A stretch of DNA of 64,000 nt from Balneolales bacterium (GTDB taxonomy: Bacteria; Bacteroidota; Rhodothermia; Balneolales; HLUCCA01). A program made the position numbers and the translations under genes. The first letter of the stretch is position 1. Every line of letters starts with the position of its first letter. Location of the stretch: NCBI GenBank assembly GCA_041749075.1, contig JBGTBY010000016.1:4015-68014 (forward strand). The letters are read 5' to 3'. The notes under the pieces are model-generated. The model ran no database searches, was not told the DNA's origin, and saw only the letters and a list, made by a program, of their open reading frames with translations. Of this stretch, positions 26,084-36,803 are shown piece by piece.

Positions 26084-27671
26084 CGCCGCCCGAGGTGTAG
26101 ATATTGGTCACATCCACACCGATGTACCGAATTCCGGGGATGGAGGCTTCCTGGTATTGATAATTGTAGGCGCGGATGTAGCGGGCTTCGCCATAGACTT
26201 GGATCCATCTCCAACTGGTTTTGACCTCAACCCCTGCCATCAGGTCAACCCAATGCCGCTCGAACGTGGTTGCGAACAGAGTGTAATAGTAGTCGTTGTT
26301 CCGAACCGCGCGTTCTCCGAAAAATCCGATGCGATGCCGCTTGTTCAGAAATGCGATGTTCAGGAACTGACTGCTTCCGCCGGGTCCGACACCCGAGCCG
26401 ATCACCTGCCCTTTGTTCGTGTACCCATGGCGCACCACGTGATGCGAATACCAGGATGGAGATGGACGGAATGAGCGTGTGGCTGTGAATTCGGTCTGGG
26501 TCATTTCCGCATGAATCAACACATCCAACCCGAAATAAAACGGCAATTGTTTTTGGGCTCCGATCACATAGGCGCGGGTGTGTTCGGGTATTTCCAAGAA
26601 ATCGGCCGGACTTTTCGCCATTTCCTCGCGTCCGTATTCGCCATACACTTCCACACCCGATTCTGGTTGGACATACCTGAAAAAGAACGATGCTTTTCGG
26701 TCGCGTACGTCCTCCTCAAATGGATCCACAGTAAATCCGAACGGCTGTCGACGATGGGGCTGGAAGGGGGATAGATAATCGGTCCAGCCTCTCATCGACC
26801 TAGAGTAGGCCATGTCGGTGACCGCGGTGCCGAGGGTGAGTCCGGGCGTCCATTTGGGCTGCCAAGCGAGCACATATCCCATCAGCACACGATGATCATC
26901 TGGTCTTTTGCGGAAAAAAAATCGGGATAGCCCCGCTGTGTCTTCATTTCTGGGATCCAGTTTCGAGTTTTCCAATTTCCCGATGATGTACTGCGCTTCG
27001 AATCGACCGACCGGTGTCGCTATAGGTTTTTTTGTATTTAGCGTGACATGCAAGAATCCGGGGGCGTTGTTGGTCATTAGAAGACTGTTTCGGATTCCGG
27101 GTCCCCACCACAGATGTTCTGTGGATGCGCCAATCGACACATCTTTCCAATGAAAGCGGATGGATGATTGCCCGGGTAATAGCTTTTGGGTCGGCTTATA
27201 TCCGAGCCGTTCCGGCGTGTCGATGTTGTTCAACACATGTTCGAAGTAGATGCGCCAGAAATAGACGTCATATTCGACCGGAAACGTTTGAAAGGAGTCC
27301 AACTCAGCCGTAACGAGTTCGGGTTTGAACTGGACCGAAACGCGGCCATCGTCATAATAGAATCCACCAGATAAATACGTTCCTAAACCTTTACCGGGAA
27401 TGCGGTTTCCAAGGTTATTCCCGTGCCTGTTTTCGGAATTATGCATGAATCCGAATTCGACCGGAAGGATGGTCACCGAACTGTACCCATCCCGTTTACC
27501 GATCAAAGGTCTATGTATCGGAAGGATGGTGAACGACGCGACACTCGTATCACGCCCGGCCATTTGGTCGAACCTCGCCCATTGCGAATCGACACTGCCA
27601 ACGGGAAGCGTTTGTGCGCGCAATCCCGTCGACAGTAGACAGATCAGCAATGGAAGAACGAGGCGTTTCAC
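26067..27671 (-). CDS. Capsule assembly Wzi-family outer-membrane protein
   Basis: Signal peptide, WWGPGIRNSLLMTNNAPGF, GYTNKGQVIG and an amphipathic C-terminal strand. Confidence 0.8.
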   Translation of the reverse strand: MKRLVLPLLICLLSTGLRAQTLPVGSVDSQWARFDQMAGRDTSVASFTILPIHRPLIGKRDGYSSVTILPVEFGFMHNSENRHGNNLGNRIPGKGLGTYLSGGFYYDDGRVSVQFKPELVTAELDSFQTFPVEYDVYFWRIYFEHVLNNIDTPERLGYKPTQKLLPGQSSIRFHWKDVSIGASTEHLWWGPGIRNSLLMTNNAPGFLHVTLNTKKPIATPVGRFEAQYIIGKLENSKLDPRNEDTAGLSRFFFRKRPDDHRVLMGYVLAWQPKWTPGLTLGTAVTDMAYSRSMRGWTDYLSPFQPHRRQPFGFTVDPFEEDVRDRKASFFFRYVQPESGVEVYGEYGREEMAKSPADFLEIPEHTRAYVIGAQKQLPFYFGLDVLIHAEMTQTEFTATRSFRPSPSWYSHHVVRHGYTNKGQVIGSGVGPGGSSQFLNIAFLNKRHRIGFFGERAVRNNDYYYTLFATTFERHWVDLMAGVEVKTSWRWIQVYGEARYIRAYNYQYQEASIPGIRYIGVDVTNIYTSGGVRILL

Positions 27672-27680
27672 GGATGGGGG

Positions 27681-30600
27681 TCAGTTCCGGTTCGATTTGT
27701 CCGGATACGACGGAGGAGCAGGTAACTTTTTCGCGGTTTCCAATTCTTTCAGGATTTCCTCGATACCGCGGATCAATTGCTGATCGGTGCCCGTGAATTC
27801 TTTATAAGGATCGTTATCGACGATGATGTCGGGATCCACGCCATATCCTTCGATAATCCATTCAGATCCATCGATGCTGTACAATGCGGATTCGGGCTTG
27901 TTCAGCGATCCCCCATCCACAAACGGAAGGCTTCCCCAGATGCCGACCACACCGCCCCAGCTCCGTTTTCCGACCAATTTTCCGAGTCCGGATGCGCGGA
28001 AACGATATGGGAAAATATCCCCATCCGATGCGGAGAATTCATCCATCAAGGTGATCATCGGTCCGGGCATCACGCCACCTGGGTTCGGGGTCGCGGCGCG
28101 ATCGCGGGCCCTCGACATCATGATCGCTTCGCGACGCAAGCGTTCGATGAGCATTGGCGAGACGTTACCACCTCCGTTTCCGCGGACGTCGATGATCAAC
28201 GCTTCTTTGTTTAACTGCGGGTAGTAATATTTGATGAACTCGTTCAAGCCGGTCGGACCCATATTCGGCACGTGGATGTAGCCCACGCGTCCGTTCGTGG
28301 CCGCTGTGACTTTCTCAATATTCGTGCTCACCCAATCGAAATACCGAAGCTGGGATTCATCACCAATCGGCTTCACGGTCACCTGTCGAGCACCTTGCGG
28401 ATTCGGACGCGAATTCACGGTCAGAATCACCGGTTTGTCGACCGTTTGGATGAACGCTTCTTGGATGTTCGTCATCGTGTTCACGGCTTTTCCATTCACC
28501 GCGATGATGAAATCACCTGCGTTCACATTCACACCCACTTCGGTGAGGGGCGAGCGACGATTGGAGATCCAGTTTTCGCCACGGTAGATTTTCTTGATCT
28601 GAACATAGCCGGAGCGGTCGCGAACGAGATCCGCGCCAAGCAAGCCCATTGGAATGCGTGGGGCGGATGGGATGTCGCCACCACCCACATAGGCATGACC
28701 CGCGTTCAGTTCCCCGATCATTTCTCCAAGGATGTAGCTCAGATCGGCGCGCGAGTTGATGCCGGCGATCCAAGGCTGATACGAATCGCGAACGGCCACC
28801 CAATCCACGTTATGCATATTCGGATCGTAGAAGAAATCCTTCATCTGGCGCCAGCTTTCATGGAACACCTGATTCCACTCGGCGCGGCGATCGAGATGCA
28901 TCTGCAACCCGGACACATCCACTTTCGCGGTCAAATCCACAGTCGCTTTCGGGAGATCGATGATCGAATACGCACCCTGCTTGACGACAATCATTTTCTT
29001 TCCATCCGCCGAAACAGTATAGCCATTGATGGTGCCCAGATTGGTCTCTTTCTGGTCTTTCAAATTGTACAACAAAAACTGCGCCTGTGTATCGGTGCGG
29101 CCATTTCTCATATAATAGACCGCATCGCCGATCACTGTCAGATTGTAATAGTTGGATGCGGGCCCTGGCAAAACGGTGACCCGATTTCCGATCCCATCCA
29201 CATCCACTTTGTTCGCTGTTGCGGCAGGTTTGACCTCCGCCGCGTTCACTTCGTCATGTTTTGGCGCGAAGGGCGAGGGCGTGTCCTTCGACAGTGTGAC
29301 GAAATAAATACGATTCATATCGGTATAGACATGGTTCCATTCGGTTTGCGAATAAATGGGGTTGAAATCACGCCCCGATATGAAAAACAGATACAATCCA
29401 TCCGAACTGAAGGTGGGCGAACCGGAGTTATACCATGTATCAGTCACCGGCCATGCTTTTTTCTGATCCACCGAATACAACATCACGCGGCCGTTTGTGA
29501 GATGCTCATTTCGCGAGTAGGTGATCCATTTCGAATCGGGGGACCATGAGAAATTGCGGATGTCCCACGACTCGGCCCGATCCACAACCGTGATCGCTTT
29601 TGTGGCCACATTCAGAAGATTCAGGCGCATCGCGCGGTCGCTGAACAAGATGAATTTCGAGTCGGGTGACCAGCTCAGATCGAACTTATAGGTTCCGCCA
29701 CCGGACGTGAGTTGAACCGCAGCAGAAGATCCATCCTGCGCCACGCTCCATACCTCATCGGTACCCGAGGCATCGCTGATGTAGGCGATGGATTTCCCAT
29801 CCGGCGACCATGCCGGGCTCCGATCGTGCACACCCGAGGAGTTTGTAAGATTCCGCGTGATGCCGTTTTTGGCCGGGACCGAAAACAGATCGCCACGGGC
29901 CGAGAACACGACGCGACTTCCATCCGGGGCCAAATCACCACCGGCGATGGATTCGTGAACCTTTACCAAACCATCGCGCGACGAGGCGAAATCTTCGCGG
30001 ATATGAACCGGAACGCGGGTGGCGCGCTCGGTCGCTAAATCGAAGCGCCATAACCATCCCGCTTGCTCGAACACGATCGCGTTATCACCGATGGACGGAA
30101 ATTTGATATCGAAATTGGTATACGTTGTGAGCTGACGCGTTTGCTTCGTGGCGGTGTCGTACACGAACAAGTTCATTTTTTCGGACGCATCGCGATCGGA
30201 CAAATAGTAGATCCGATTTCCTTTCCACATCGGGATGATGTCTTGCTGCGTGTTGTTCGTAATGTTTTCAACGGATTTCGTTTCGAAATCGAACACCCAT
30301 ATATCGTCGGCCATGCCACCGCGATATCGTTTCCAGGTGCGGAATTCGCGGAATACGCGATTGTAAGCCATTTTTTTGCCATCATCGGAAAAACTCATGA
30401 ATCCGCCGCGAGGCACCGATAATTGGGTGGCGATATCGCCATTCAGCGGAGCGGAATACAAGGATCCGATGAAATCATTGAAGGTGTGCATGCGCGAGCG
30501 GAAGATCACGGATTGTCCGTCGGCAGACCAATCCATCACGATGTTATTCGGGCCCATGCGATCGGTCACATCGTCGCGACCAAGAGTTGCCGTGTAGGTG

Positions 30601-30911
30601 ATGCGGGTTGGAACGCCGCCTTGCGCCGGCATGACGTACACTTCGGTGTTGCCATCATATTGGCCGGTGAATGCCAATTGCGACCCGTCTGGTGAGAAGC
30701 GCGGGAAGAGTTCCATGCCCTCATGGGTGGTCAGTTTCCGGGCGGTTCCACCAGCGGAAGCGACGGAGTACAGGTCTCCGGCATAGGAGAAAACAATCGT
30801 ATTACCGTGAGTGGTAGGGAAGCGAAGCACACGGGCTTCGTCGGGAGATTGCGCGTTCAGATTGGATGAAATTAGCGCGCAGAATGCAAAGAGAAGAGAA
30901 AAAAGTCGCAT
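27681..30911 (-). CDS. Tricorn protease homologue (S41; PD40 propellers plus PDZ)
   Basis: FSPDG repeats, GELNAGH, GYIHVPNM, DVRGNGGG, SASDGD and GKRSWGG motifs. Confidence 0.95.
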   Translation of the reverse strand: MRLFSLLFAFCALISSNLNAQSPDEARVLRFPTTHGNTIVFSYAGDLYSVASAGGTARKLTTHEGMELFPRFSPDGSQLAFTGQYDGNTEVYVMPAQGGVPTRITYTATLGRDDVTDRMGPNNIVMDWSADGQSVIFRSRMHTFNDFIGSLYSAPLNGDIATQLSVPRGGFMSFSDDGKKMAYNRVFREFRTWKRYRGGMADDIWVFDFETKSVENITNNTQQDIIPMWKGNRIYYLSDRDASEKMNLFVYDTATKQTRQLTTYTNFDIKFPSIGDNAIVFEQAGWLWRFDLATERATRVPVHIREDFASSRDGLVKVHESIAGGDLAPDGSRVVFSARGDLFSVPAKNGITRNLTNSSGVHDRSPAWSPDGKSIAYISDASGTDEVWSVAQDGSSAAVQLTSGGGTYKFDLSWSPDSKFILFSDRAMRLNLLNVATKAITVVDRAESWDIRNFSWSPDSKWITYSRNEHLTNGRVMLYSVDQKKAWPVTDTWYNSGSPTFSSDGLYLFFISGRDFNPIYSQTEWNHVYTDMNRIYFVTLSKDTPSPFAPKHDEVNAAEVKPAATANKVDVDGIGNRVTVLPGPASNYYNLTVIGDAVYYMRNGRTDTQAQFLLYNLKDQKETNLGTINGYTVSADGKKMIVVKQGAYSIIDLPKATVDLTAKVDVSGLQMHLDRRAEWNQVFHESWRQMKDFFYDPNMHNVDWVAVRDSYQPWIAGINSRADLSYILGEMIGELNAGHAYVGGGDIPSAPRIPMGLLGADLVRDRSGYVQIKKIYRGENWISNRRSPLTEVGVNVNAGDFIIAVNGKAVNTMTNIQEAFIQTVDKPVILTVNSRPNPQGARQVTVKPIGDESQLRYFDWVSTNIEKVTAATNGRVGYIHVPNMGPTGLNEFIKYYYPQLNKEALIIDVRGNGGGNVSPMLIERLRREAIMMSRARDRAATPNPGGVMPGPMITLMDEFSASDGDIFPYRFRASGLGKLVGKRSWGGVVGIWGSLPFVDGGSLNKPESALYSIDGSEWIIEGYGVDPDIIVDNDPYKEFTGTDQQLIRGIEEILKELETAKKLPAPPSYPDKSNRN

Positions 30912-30971
30912 GATGACGGAAGAGTTTAAGGTGAATAACTCGGACCCGTCAATGTACCAAAATCCCCCGAC

Positions 30972-32033
30972 TCAAAAGTAAACCTGCCACTGCGCGGTGA
31001 TCAGATGTATGGGATCTACTATTGGCGAATCGTTCCGTTTCAATGAATATGCGAAGGTCAACCGGTTCGCCCAATCCAATAACTTGTAATGCGCCCCAGC
31101 GGTGAGATAGGTGTTGGGTCCACGATCGATGCGATTTCCTTGGGTATTCCCATCATAACGCTCCGCACGGGCGAACACTTCCACATCGTCTCGGATCAAA
31201 TGCCCAGCGAATAGGGTGACACCTGCAGTGGCATGCCTAGCGGAAAAATGGACACCGATCAGGTCCAACTTTACGCGAGTGGGTTGCTCGCCCACCCTAC
31301 TTCCCCAATACACATGCGCCGACGCATCCGAATATCGCCTAGGATCAGATGCTCTGGTGGGATTGTGTCCGATATGAACACCTGCTTCGGAGTTGGGATG
31401 TGATTTCGGCAAATACCGGGCCATGCCTGAAACTGCGATGGCGGCTGTATTCTGTCCGAAATGATTGTTTCCATCCGATACTCCACCTCGGATATTTCGG
31501 GAGTTGCTACCACTATGTATGAATGAGCGAAGCTCGAATTCGTCTAAGCGGTGGACCACTTCCACACCGTAAGTTCTCGCATCGGCACCGATCGTCGTGC
31601 GAGCCCAGTTCTCGGCGATCGCGGCACGGTCCAGTGCGTCAATTTCATGATGTAGTGTGAGGGACATGGACTGCGGCTGTGCGCCTACAAATCGACCGAC
31701 TCGAAACATCGTGCGATCCGTCACATCCCATTCCGCACGCATGTCGGTGAGTGTGGCCGTTGGCCCGCTGCCTTCGATTTGAAGGAACAATCTCACTTTC
31801 GGGTTGATGGTGCCATAAAAGCGAATGCGGGCACGCCTCACACCAATTCCATATTGTTTTTCCGGAGCGAAGGGATCCAGATTCGGATTGCTTAAGTAAC
31901 TGACCCGCGATTGCAGGGTGCCGCCGATGCGGAGTTGCATGTCGCCACTGGAGATGGTGACGGGTGTTTGGGCCTTACCGATAGACGAAGCAGTCAACAG
32001 TAGGGCAAAGATGAGATACTTAATAGTTGCCAT
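30972..32033 (-). CDS. Porin (OprO/OprP-like)
   Basis: Signal peptide, GVRRARIRFYG and C-terminal QWQVYF beta-signal. Confidence 0.78.
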   Translation of the reverse strand: MATIKYLIFALLLTASSIGKAQTPVTISSGDMQLRIGGTLQSRVSYLSNPNLDPFAPEKQYGIGVRRARIRFYGTINPKVRLFLQIEGSGPTATLTDMRAEWDVTDRTMFRVGRFVGAQPQSMSLTLHHEIDALDRAAIAENWARTTIGADARTYGVEVVHRLDEFELRSFIHSGSNSRNIRGGVSDGNNHFGQNTAAIAVSGMARYLPKSHPNSEAGVHIGHNPTRASDPRRYSDASAHVYWGSRVGEQPTRVKLDLIGVHFSARHATAGVTLFAGHLIRDDVEVFARAERYDGNTQGNRIDRGPNTYLTAGAHYKLLDWANRLTFAYSLKRNDSPIVDPIHLITAQWQVYF

Positions 32034-32076
32034 TCCCTAAAATGAGGAAAATCGTCAAAAAATTGAATGACTTTCG

Positions 32077-33588
32077 TCAGATTTCAGCCAACTGATTCAG
32101 AAAAATCTCCAAGGTCCAAACCCGACCCAAGAATTCGGTATGGATAGCGCCGTTCATATGCTGATGAAGTTTCTTCGTCACATCCGCCACATTCACATAC
32201 TGACTGTAATGCTTCGGTCCGTGGAGTAAGGATTCTTCGATCATTGTCTTGGCGGGTTCTTCGCGCAGCCAATTCGCATAATCGGTGAATCCGGATGGGA
32301 AAAAAAATTTGTTCTTGAGTCCTATCCCTTTCATCATCGCCCGATGAATGATAAATGGGTATGATAATGGCAATCCGGTGCGCTGCCACGGAATTCCTTT
32401 CATGGACGAGGCATAGCGAGATTGTAATAATTTCAGATACAATTGTCCGTTCAAACGCCAATGGTCCGGGTAACGGTATATGAACTCTGATAGGCGATTA
32501 TCGGCGAAAGGAAGCCGTTGTGGGATGCGCCTCCACGCCATGCGGATGCCTTCCATGATGAAGCGTCGCCGCCGTTGGCGGATGAGGTACGCATCGATGT
32601 GCGGAAATTCTTGTACGGTTTCCAGCCCTTCAAGCAGTGCCGGGTCGCATCCGAACCAGTCCGAAGCGATATCTAACGTGATGGGAGAATCGCACCAATC
32701 CCGCTTTCTCAAATAACTCCCCCCGAACAGCGTGTCTCCCAAAAACCCACTCAAATGCACATCGGCGATGTCCGACATCCTTCCCAAGGCCTCAACCCCG
32801 TGCATATGCAGCAGATTGAACTGACCTCCAGATTCCCAAACGCCACGACTCCGTTCCGCCAGCCAATTCCTGCTGGTGATCTCAACACGCTGATGGGCCA
32901 CACCGGCTCGACGCGCCACTCCTTCCCCCATCCTCATGTCTTGGCTTGCCCCGCCACCGTACGTGATGGTGCCAGCACGATGCCCAGCCTTCAGCGTCGC
33001 CGCGAGAATGGAACGGGAATCGAGTCCCCCACTTAAGAAGATTCCGGTGCGCTGTTCTTCCTTCAGATGCGCTTCCACCGATTCCTGAAACAGATCCGCC
33101 GCTTTTAATGCTACTTCTTTCATCGAAGGCGGATTCGGATCCTTCTTGATCTCACGCCACGACCAATACACTTTATCAGAAAGCAATTCCCCATCCGACA
33201 GTCGTATGGTTCGAATCGTAGCAGGAGGCAATAAGTGGATGTCCGAAAAAAGTGTTCTGTTTTCTAATAGATGACCGATTGATAAGAACTGCTGAACCGA
33301 AAATGGATCGATGCTTTTGTTGATTTCAGGAAATGATAGCAATTCCGAAATCTGTGCGGAACATTGCCAATTCTTACCAACTTTTGACAAGTAGAGATGT
33401 CCGAATCCGTGTCGATCGGTGATGAAAAAGAGTCTGTCACGAACCACATCCTTGATCACACAAGAAAAGACGCCATTGAGTGAATTCAGGAATCCGCATT
33501 CAGGATCGGACTTATATAACGCCTCTACGGACACATCCGATTGCACCAAGTACCCATCGAACCAAATTTGTTGTGTGGACTCTGACAT
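32077..33588 (-). CDS. Asparagine synthase-related protein
   Basis: LNGVF, TDRHG, FLSGGLDSR PP-loop, LSGFLGDTLFGG and RLPFAD motifs. Start set to ATG 33588 because the longer ORF overlaps marR. Confidence 0.85.
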   Translation of the reverse strand: MSESTQQIWFDGYLVQSDVSVEALYKSDPECGFLNSLNGVFSCVIKDVVRDRLFFITDRHGFGHLYLSKVGKNWQCSAQISELLSFPEINKSIDPFSVQQFLSIGHLLENRTLFSDIHLLPPATIRTIRLSDGELLSDKVYWSWREIKKDPNPPSMKEVALKAADLFQESVEAHLKEEQRTGIFLSGGLDSRSILAATLKAGHRAGTITYGGGASQDMRMGEGVARRAGVAHQRVEITSRNWLAERSRGVWESGGQFNLLHMHGVEALGRMSDIADVHLSGFLGDTLFGGSYLRKRDWCDSPITLDIASDWFGCDPALLEGLETVQEFPHIDAYLIRQRRRRFIMEGIRMAWRRIPQRLPFADNRLSEFIYRYPDHWRLNGQLYLKLLQSRYASSMKGIPWQRTGLPLSYPFIIHRAMMKGIGLKNKFFFPSGFTDYANWLREEPAKTMIEESLLHGPKHYSQYVNVADVTKKLHQHMNGAIHTEFLGRVWTLEIFLNQLAEI

Positions 33589-33609
33589 GATCGAATATAC
33601 ATCAATCTC

Positions 33610-33627
33610 ATTGCGTGTACATACAAT
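33610..33627. promoter_or_regulatory. Palindromic operator upstream of marR
   Basis: ATTGCGTGTACATACAAT, 14/18 self-complementary, in the 56-bp divergent gap. Confidence 0.55.
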
Positions 33628-33644
33628 AATGAGTATGTTCTCGT

Positions 33645-34076
33645 ATGGAATCCAATGAACATCCGTTCGGAACAAGTCTTTATTTCTCTGTAGGAGCCTT
33701 GAATCGGGCGATGAGTCGCGTGGCCGATGAGGCCTTTGCGGTGCATGGTATGTCGCCGTCGCATGCATTGGTGGTATTGCATGTGGGCGAAACGCCGGAT
33801 CACCCCATCGGCAAACTCGCGGAAACCCTGATGTTGGATGCATCCACCATCACCCGATTGATCGAAAAGTTGGAACAAAAAGGATTTGTTACACGACGTA
33901 TCGATGGACGAGAGAGACGAGTGAGCCTGACGGATGCGGGTCAAGCTGCGCTGCCCGAACTTCGTCGAACATGGAATTCCCTTCAATCCACTTATTCCGC
34001 TACATTAGGGGAAGACCACGCGAGGGTGGTCGCCAAATTATCTTTCGCAACCAGTCAAAAACTCACATCTCCATAA
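33645..34076 (+). CDS. MarR-family regulator
   Basis: LAETLMLDASTITRLIEKLEQKGFV and DGRERRVSLTDAG motifs. Confidence 0.93.
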   Translation: MESNEHPFGTSLYFSVGALNRAMSRVADEAFAVHGMSPSHALVVLHVGETPDHPIGKLAETLMLDASTITRLIEKLEQKGFVTRRIDGRERRVSLTDAGQAALPELRRTWNSLQSTYSATLGEDHARVVAKLSFATSQKLTSP

Positions 34077-34080
34077 GATC

Positions 34081-34731
34081 ATGACCATCGCCATTCTCGG
34101 AACCGGTTCAGTAGGAAAAGCATTAGCGAACGGATTCGTCTCGCTCGGACACACGGTTCGCATCGGCTCGCGCAGCGGGACCAAGCTCACGCAATGGATT
34201 TCCGAAACAGCACCGAATGTGACCGAAATGAACTTTAAAAAAATCGGCGATGGCGCGGATGTGTTTGTCCTCGCTGTGAAAGGGGCGCACGCTGAAGAAG
34301 TGCTTCATCTGGTCGGGAAAAAACAGTTGAAGGGAAAACTTGTGATCGATACCACGAACCCGATTGACGACGACATCCCGCCGAAAGATGGCGTTCTGAG
34401 TTATTTCACGGACATCAATTATTCGTTGATGGAAATCTTGCAAACCGAGTTCAAAGAAGCGGAATTCGTGAAAGCATTTTCATGTGTGGGCGCGCCGTTG
34501 ATGGTTCGTCCGAACATGGAAGGAGGTCGGCCAACCATGTTCATCGCTGGGAATAGTGACAAGGCGAAGAAAGCGGTATCCGATATGTTGAACTCATTCG
34601 GATGGGACGTGAATGATATGGGAACGGTGGTCGGCGCACGCGCCATCGAACCATTGGCGATGTTATGGTGCATTCCTGGATTTCGGACGAACAGCTGGAG
34701 CCATGCGCTGAAGATGGTTCCCGGGGCATAA
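34081..34731 (+). CDS. NADP oxidoreductase (F420-dependent/dinucleotide-binding family)
   Basis: GTGSVG, IGSR, IDTTNP and VKAF motifs. Confidence 0.88.
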   Translation: MTIAILGTGSVGKALANGFVSLGHTVRIGSRSGTKLTQWISETAPNVTEMNFKKIGDGADVFVLAVKGAHAEEVLHLVGKKQLKGKLVIDTTNPIDDDIPPKDGVLSYFTDINYSLMEILQTEFKEAEFVKAFSCVGAPLMVRPNMEGGRPTMFIAGNSDKAKKAVSDMLNSFGWDVNDMGTVVGARAIEPLAMLWCIPGFRTNSWSHALKMVPGA

Positions 34732-34740
34732 CGAATTCTT

Positions 34741-36795
34741 ATGTCGAAAAAAGAACGCCTATCGCCGGATGGGATCCCCATCAAAACGCAATACACATCC
34801 GAAGATGTGACACAGCCTCCTTCGGGCGCAGGAGAATTTCCGTTCGTGCGCGGACCGTATGCGTCGATGTACACGCAGCGTCCGTGGACCATCCGTCAGT
34901 ATGCCGGCTTCTCTACCGCCGAAGAATCGAATGCCTTTTATCGGAACGCGCTGAAATCGGGGCAGAAAGGACTTTCCGTGGCGTTTGATCTGGCCACGCA
35001 TCGCGGCTATGATTCAGATCATCCGCGTGTGATGGGGGATGTGGGCAAAGCCGGTGTGGCCATCGATAGTGTCGAAGACATGAAAATCCTGTTTGATCAG
35101 ATTCCGCTGGACGACATGTCCGTTTCCATGACCATGAATGGTGCGGTATTGCCCATCATGGCGCATTTCATTGTGGCGGCCGAAGAACAAGGAACACCTA
35201 AAGAACGACTGAGCGGCACCATCCAGAACGACATTCTCAAAGAGTTCATGGTTCGCAACACGTATATCTATCCGCCGGCGCCGAGCATGCGGATCGTGAG
35301 CGACATCATCGAATACACGGCTCGTCATATGCCGAAATTTAATTCGATTTCGATATCCGGTTATCACATGCAGGAAGCCGGGGCCACACCGGCCATCGAG
35401 TTGGCCTTCACCTTGGCCGACGGACTCGAATATGTGCGTGCCGCCAAAGCGAAAGGCTTGGATGTGGATGATTTCGCGCCACGCTTGAGTTTCTTCTTCG
35501 GCATCGGCATGAATTTCCTGATGGAAATCGCCAAGCTTCGCGCGGCGAGACTCCTATGGGCTGAATTGATGCGCGAGCACTTCCATCCAAAAGATGAAAA
35601 ATCATTGATGTTGCGCACGCATTGTCAGACTTCAGGATGGAGCCTAACCATGCAAGATCCATTAAATAACGTGGTTCGAACCACCATTGAAGCCATGGCG
35701 GCGGTTCTGGGTGGCACGCAAAGTCTGCATACGAACAGTTATGATGAGGCCATTTCCTTGCCCACGGAAACCGCGGCGCGCATCGCGAGAAATACACAAC
35801 TGATCTTGCAAGAAGAAACCGACATCACGCATACAGTCGATCCGTTCGGAGGCAGTTATGCGATGGAAGCCCTCACCAAGGATTTGGCCGACAAAGCCCG
35901 AGAGTTGATCGCCGAAGTGGAAAAACTGGGCGGGATGTCGAAAGCCATCGAAACGGGAATGCCGAAACGACGCATCGAAGAAGCGGCAGCGAAAAAGCAG
36001 GCTGCGATCGATTCGGGCACGGAAACGATCGTCGGTGTGAACAAATACACATTGGCGAAGGAAGACGATATCGATGTGAGGGATATCGATAATAGTGCGG
36101 TTCGGGAGTCGCAAATTCGGCGCTTGGAGCACATCCGCGGAACGAGGGATCAGGCCGCGGTCACCGCTGCGCTCAATGATCTGGAAAAGGCCGCATCCGA
36201 CCCGAAACAAAATCTATTGGAATTGGCGGTGATAGCGAGTCGGGCGCGGGCGACGGTAGGAGAAATTTCCGATGCTTTGGAGCGCGTCTATGGCCGTCAT
36301 CGCGCCACACAATCCACGATATCAGGAGTGTACGAACGCATGTATACCAAAAAAGATGAATTTAATGCGGTGCGCAAAGCCGTGGAAGACTTCGCAGCCT
36401 CACATGGTCGCCGACCACGGATATTGGTCGTGAAAATGGGTCAAGATGGCCACGATCGCGGCGCGAAAGTGGTATCCACCGCTTTTGCTGACATGGGATT
36501 TGATGTGGATGTGGGTCCGCTGTTTTCCACGCCACAAGAAGCGGCGCGGATGGCCGTGGAAAATGATGTGCATGTGATCGGCGTGTCGAGCTTGGCTGCC
36601 GGACATAAAACCCTCATCCCGCAACTCATGTCCGCATTGAAAGAAGAAGGCGCTGAGGATATTCTTGTCGTTGCAGGAGGTGTGATCCCCGCGCAGGATT
36701 ATGAGTTTTTGACGCAGAACGGTGTCGCACTGATTTTTGGTCCGGGTACAAATCTTCCGAAGGCGGGATTAGAGGTAGTGAGGCGGATTCCGTAA
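34741..36795 (+). CDS. scpA: Methylmalonyl-CoA mutase (B12-dependent)
   Basis: [19 protein letters not shown] and [11 protein letters not shown]12-binding motifs. Confidence 0.97.
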   Translation: MSKKERLSPDGIPIKTQYTSEDVTQPPSGAGEFPFVRGPYASMYTQRPWTIRQYAGFSTAEESNAFYRNALKSGQKGLSVAFDLATHRGYDSDHPRVMGDVGKAGVAIDSVEDMKILFDQIPLDDMSVSMTMNGAVLPIMAHFIVAAEEQGTPKERLSGTIQNDILKEFMVRNTYIYPPAPSMRIVSDIIEYTARHMPKFNSISISGYHMQEAGATPAIELAFTLADGLEYVRAAKAKGLDVDDFAPRLSFFFGIGMNFLMEIAKLRAARLLWAELMREHFHPKDEKSLMLRTHCQTSGWSLTMQDPLNNVVRTTIEAMAAVLGGTQSLHTNSYDEAISLPTETAARIARNTQLILQEETDITHTVDPFGGSYAMEALTKDLADKARELIAEVEKLGGMSKAIETGMPKRRIEEAAAKKQAAIDSGTETIVGVNKYTLAKEDDIDVRDIDNSAVRESQIRRLEHIRGTRDQAAVTAALNDLEKAASDPKQNLLELAVIASRARATVGEISDALERVYGRHRATQSTISGVYERMYTKKDEFNAVRKAVEDFAASHGRRPRILVVKMGQDGHDRGAKVVSTAFADMGFDVDVGPLFSTPQEAARMAVENDVHVIGVSSLAAGHKTLIPQLMSALKEEGAEDILVVAGGVIPAQDYEFLTQNGVALIFGPGTNLPKAGLEVVRRIP

Positions 36796-36803
36796 TTTCA
36801 TCC

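Noticed and set aside
28272-29549. 425-aa antisense ORF in the tricorn gene, and similar shadow ORFs elsewhere
   Set aside because: Opposite a well-conserved gene, with no motifs or RBS.
32077-33843. Lasso peptide cluster
   Set aside because: No precursor peptide, B1/PqqD or B2 protease gene nearby.
34732-34740. Cobalamin riboswitch before scpA
   Set aside because: Only 9 nt of intergenic space.
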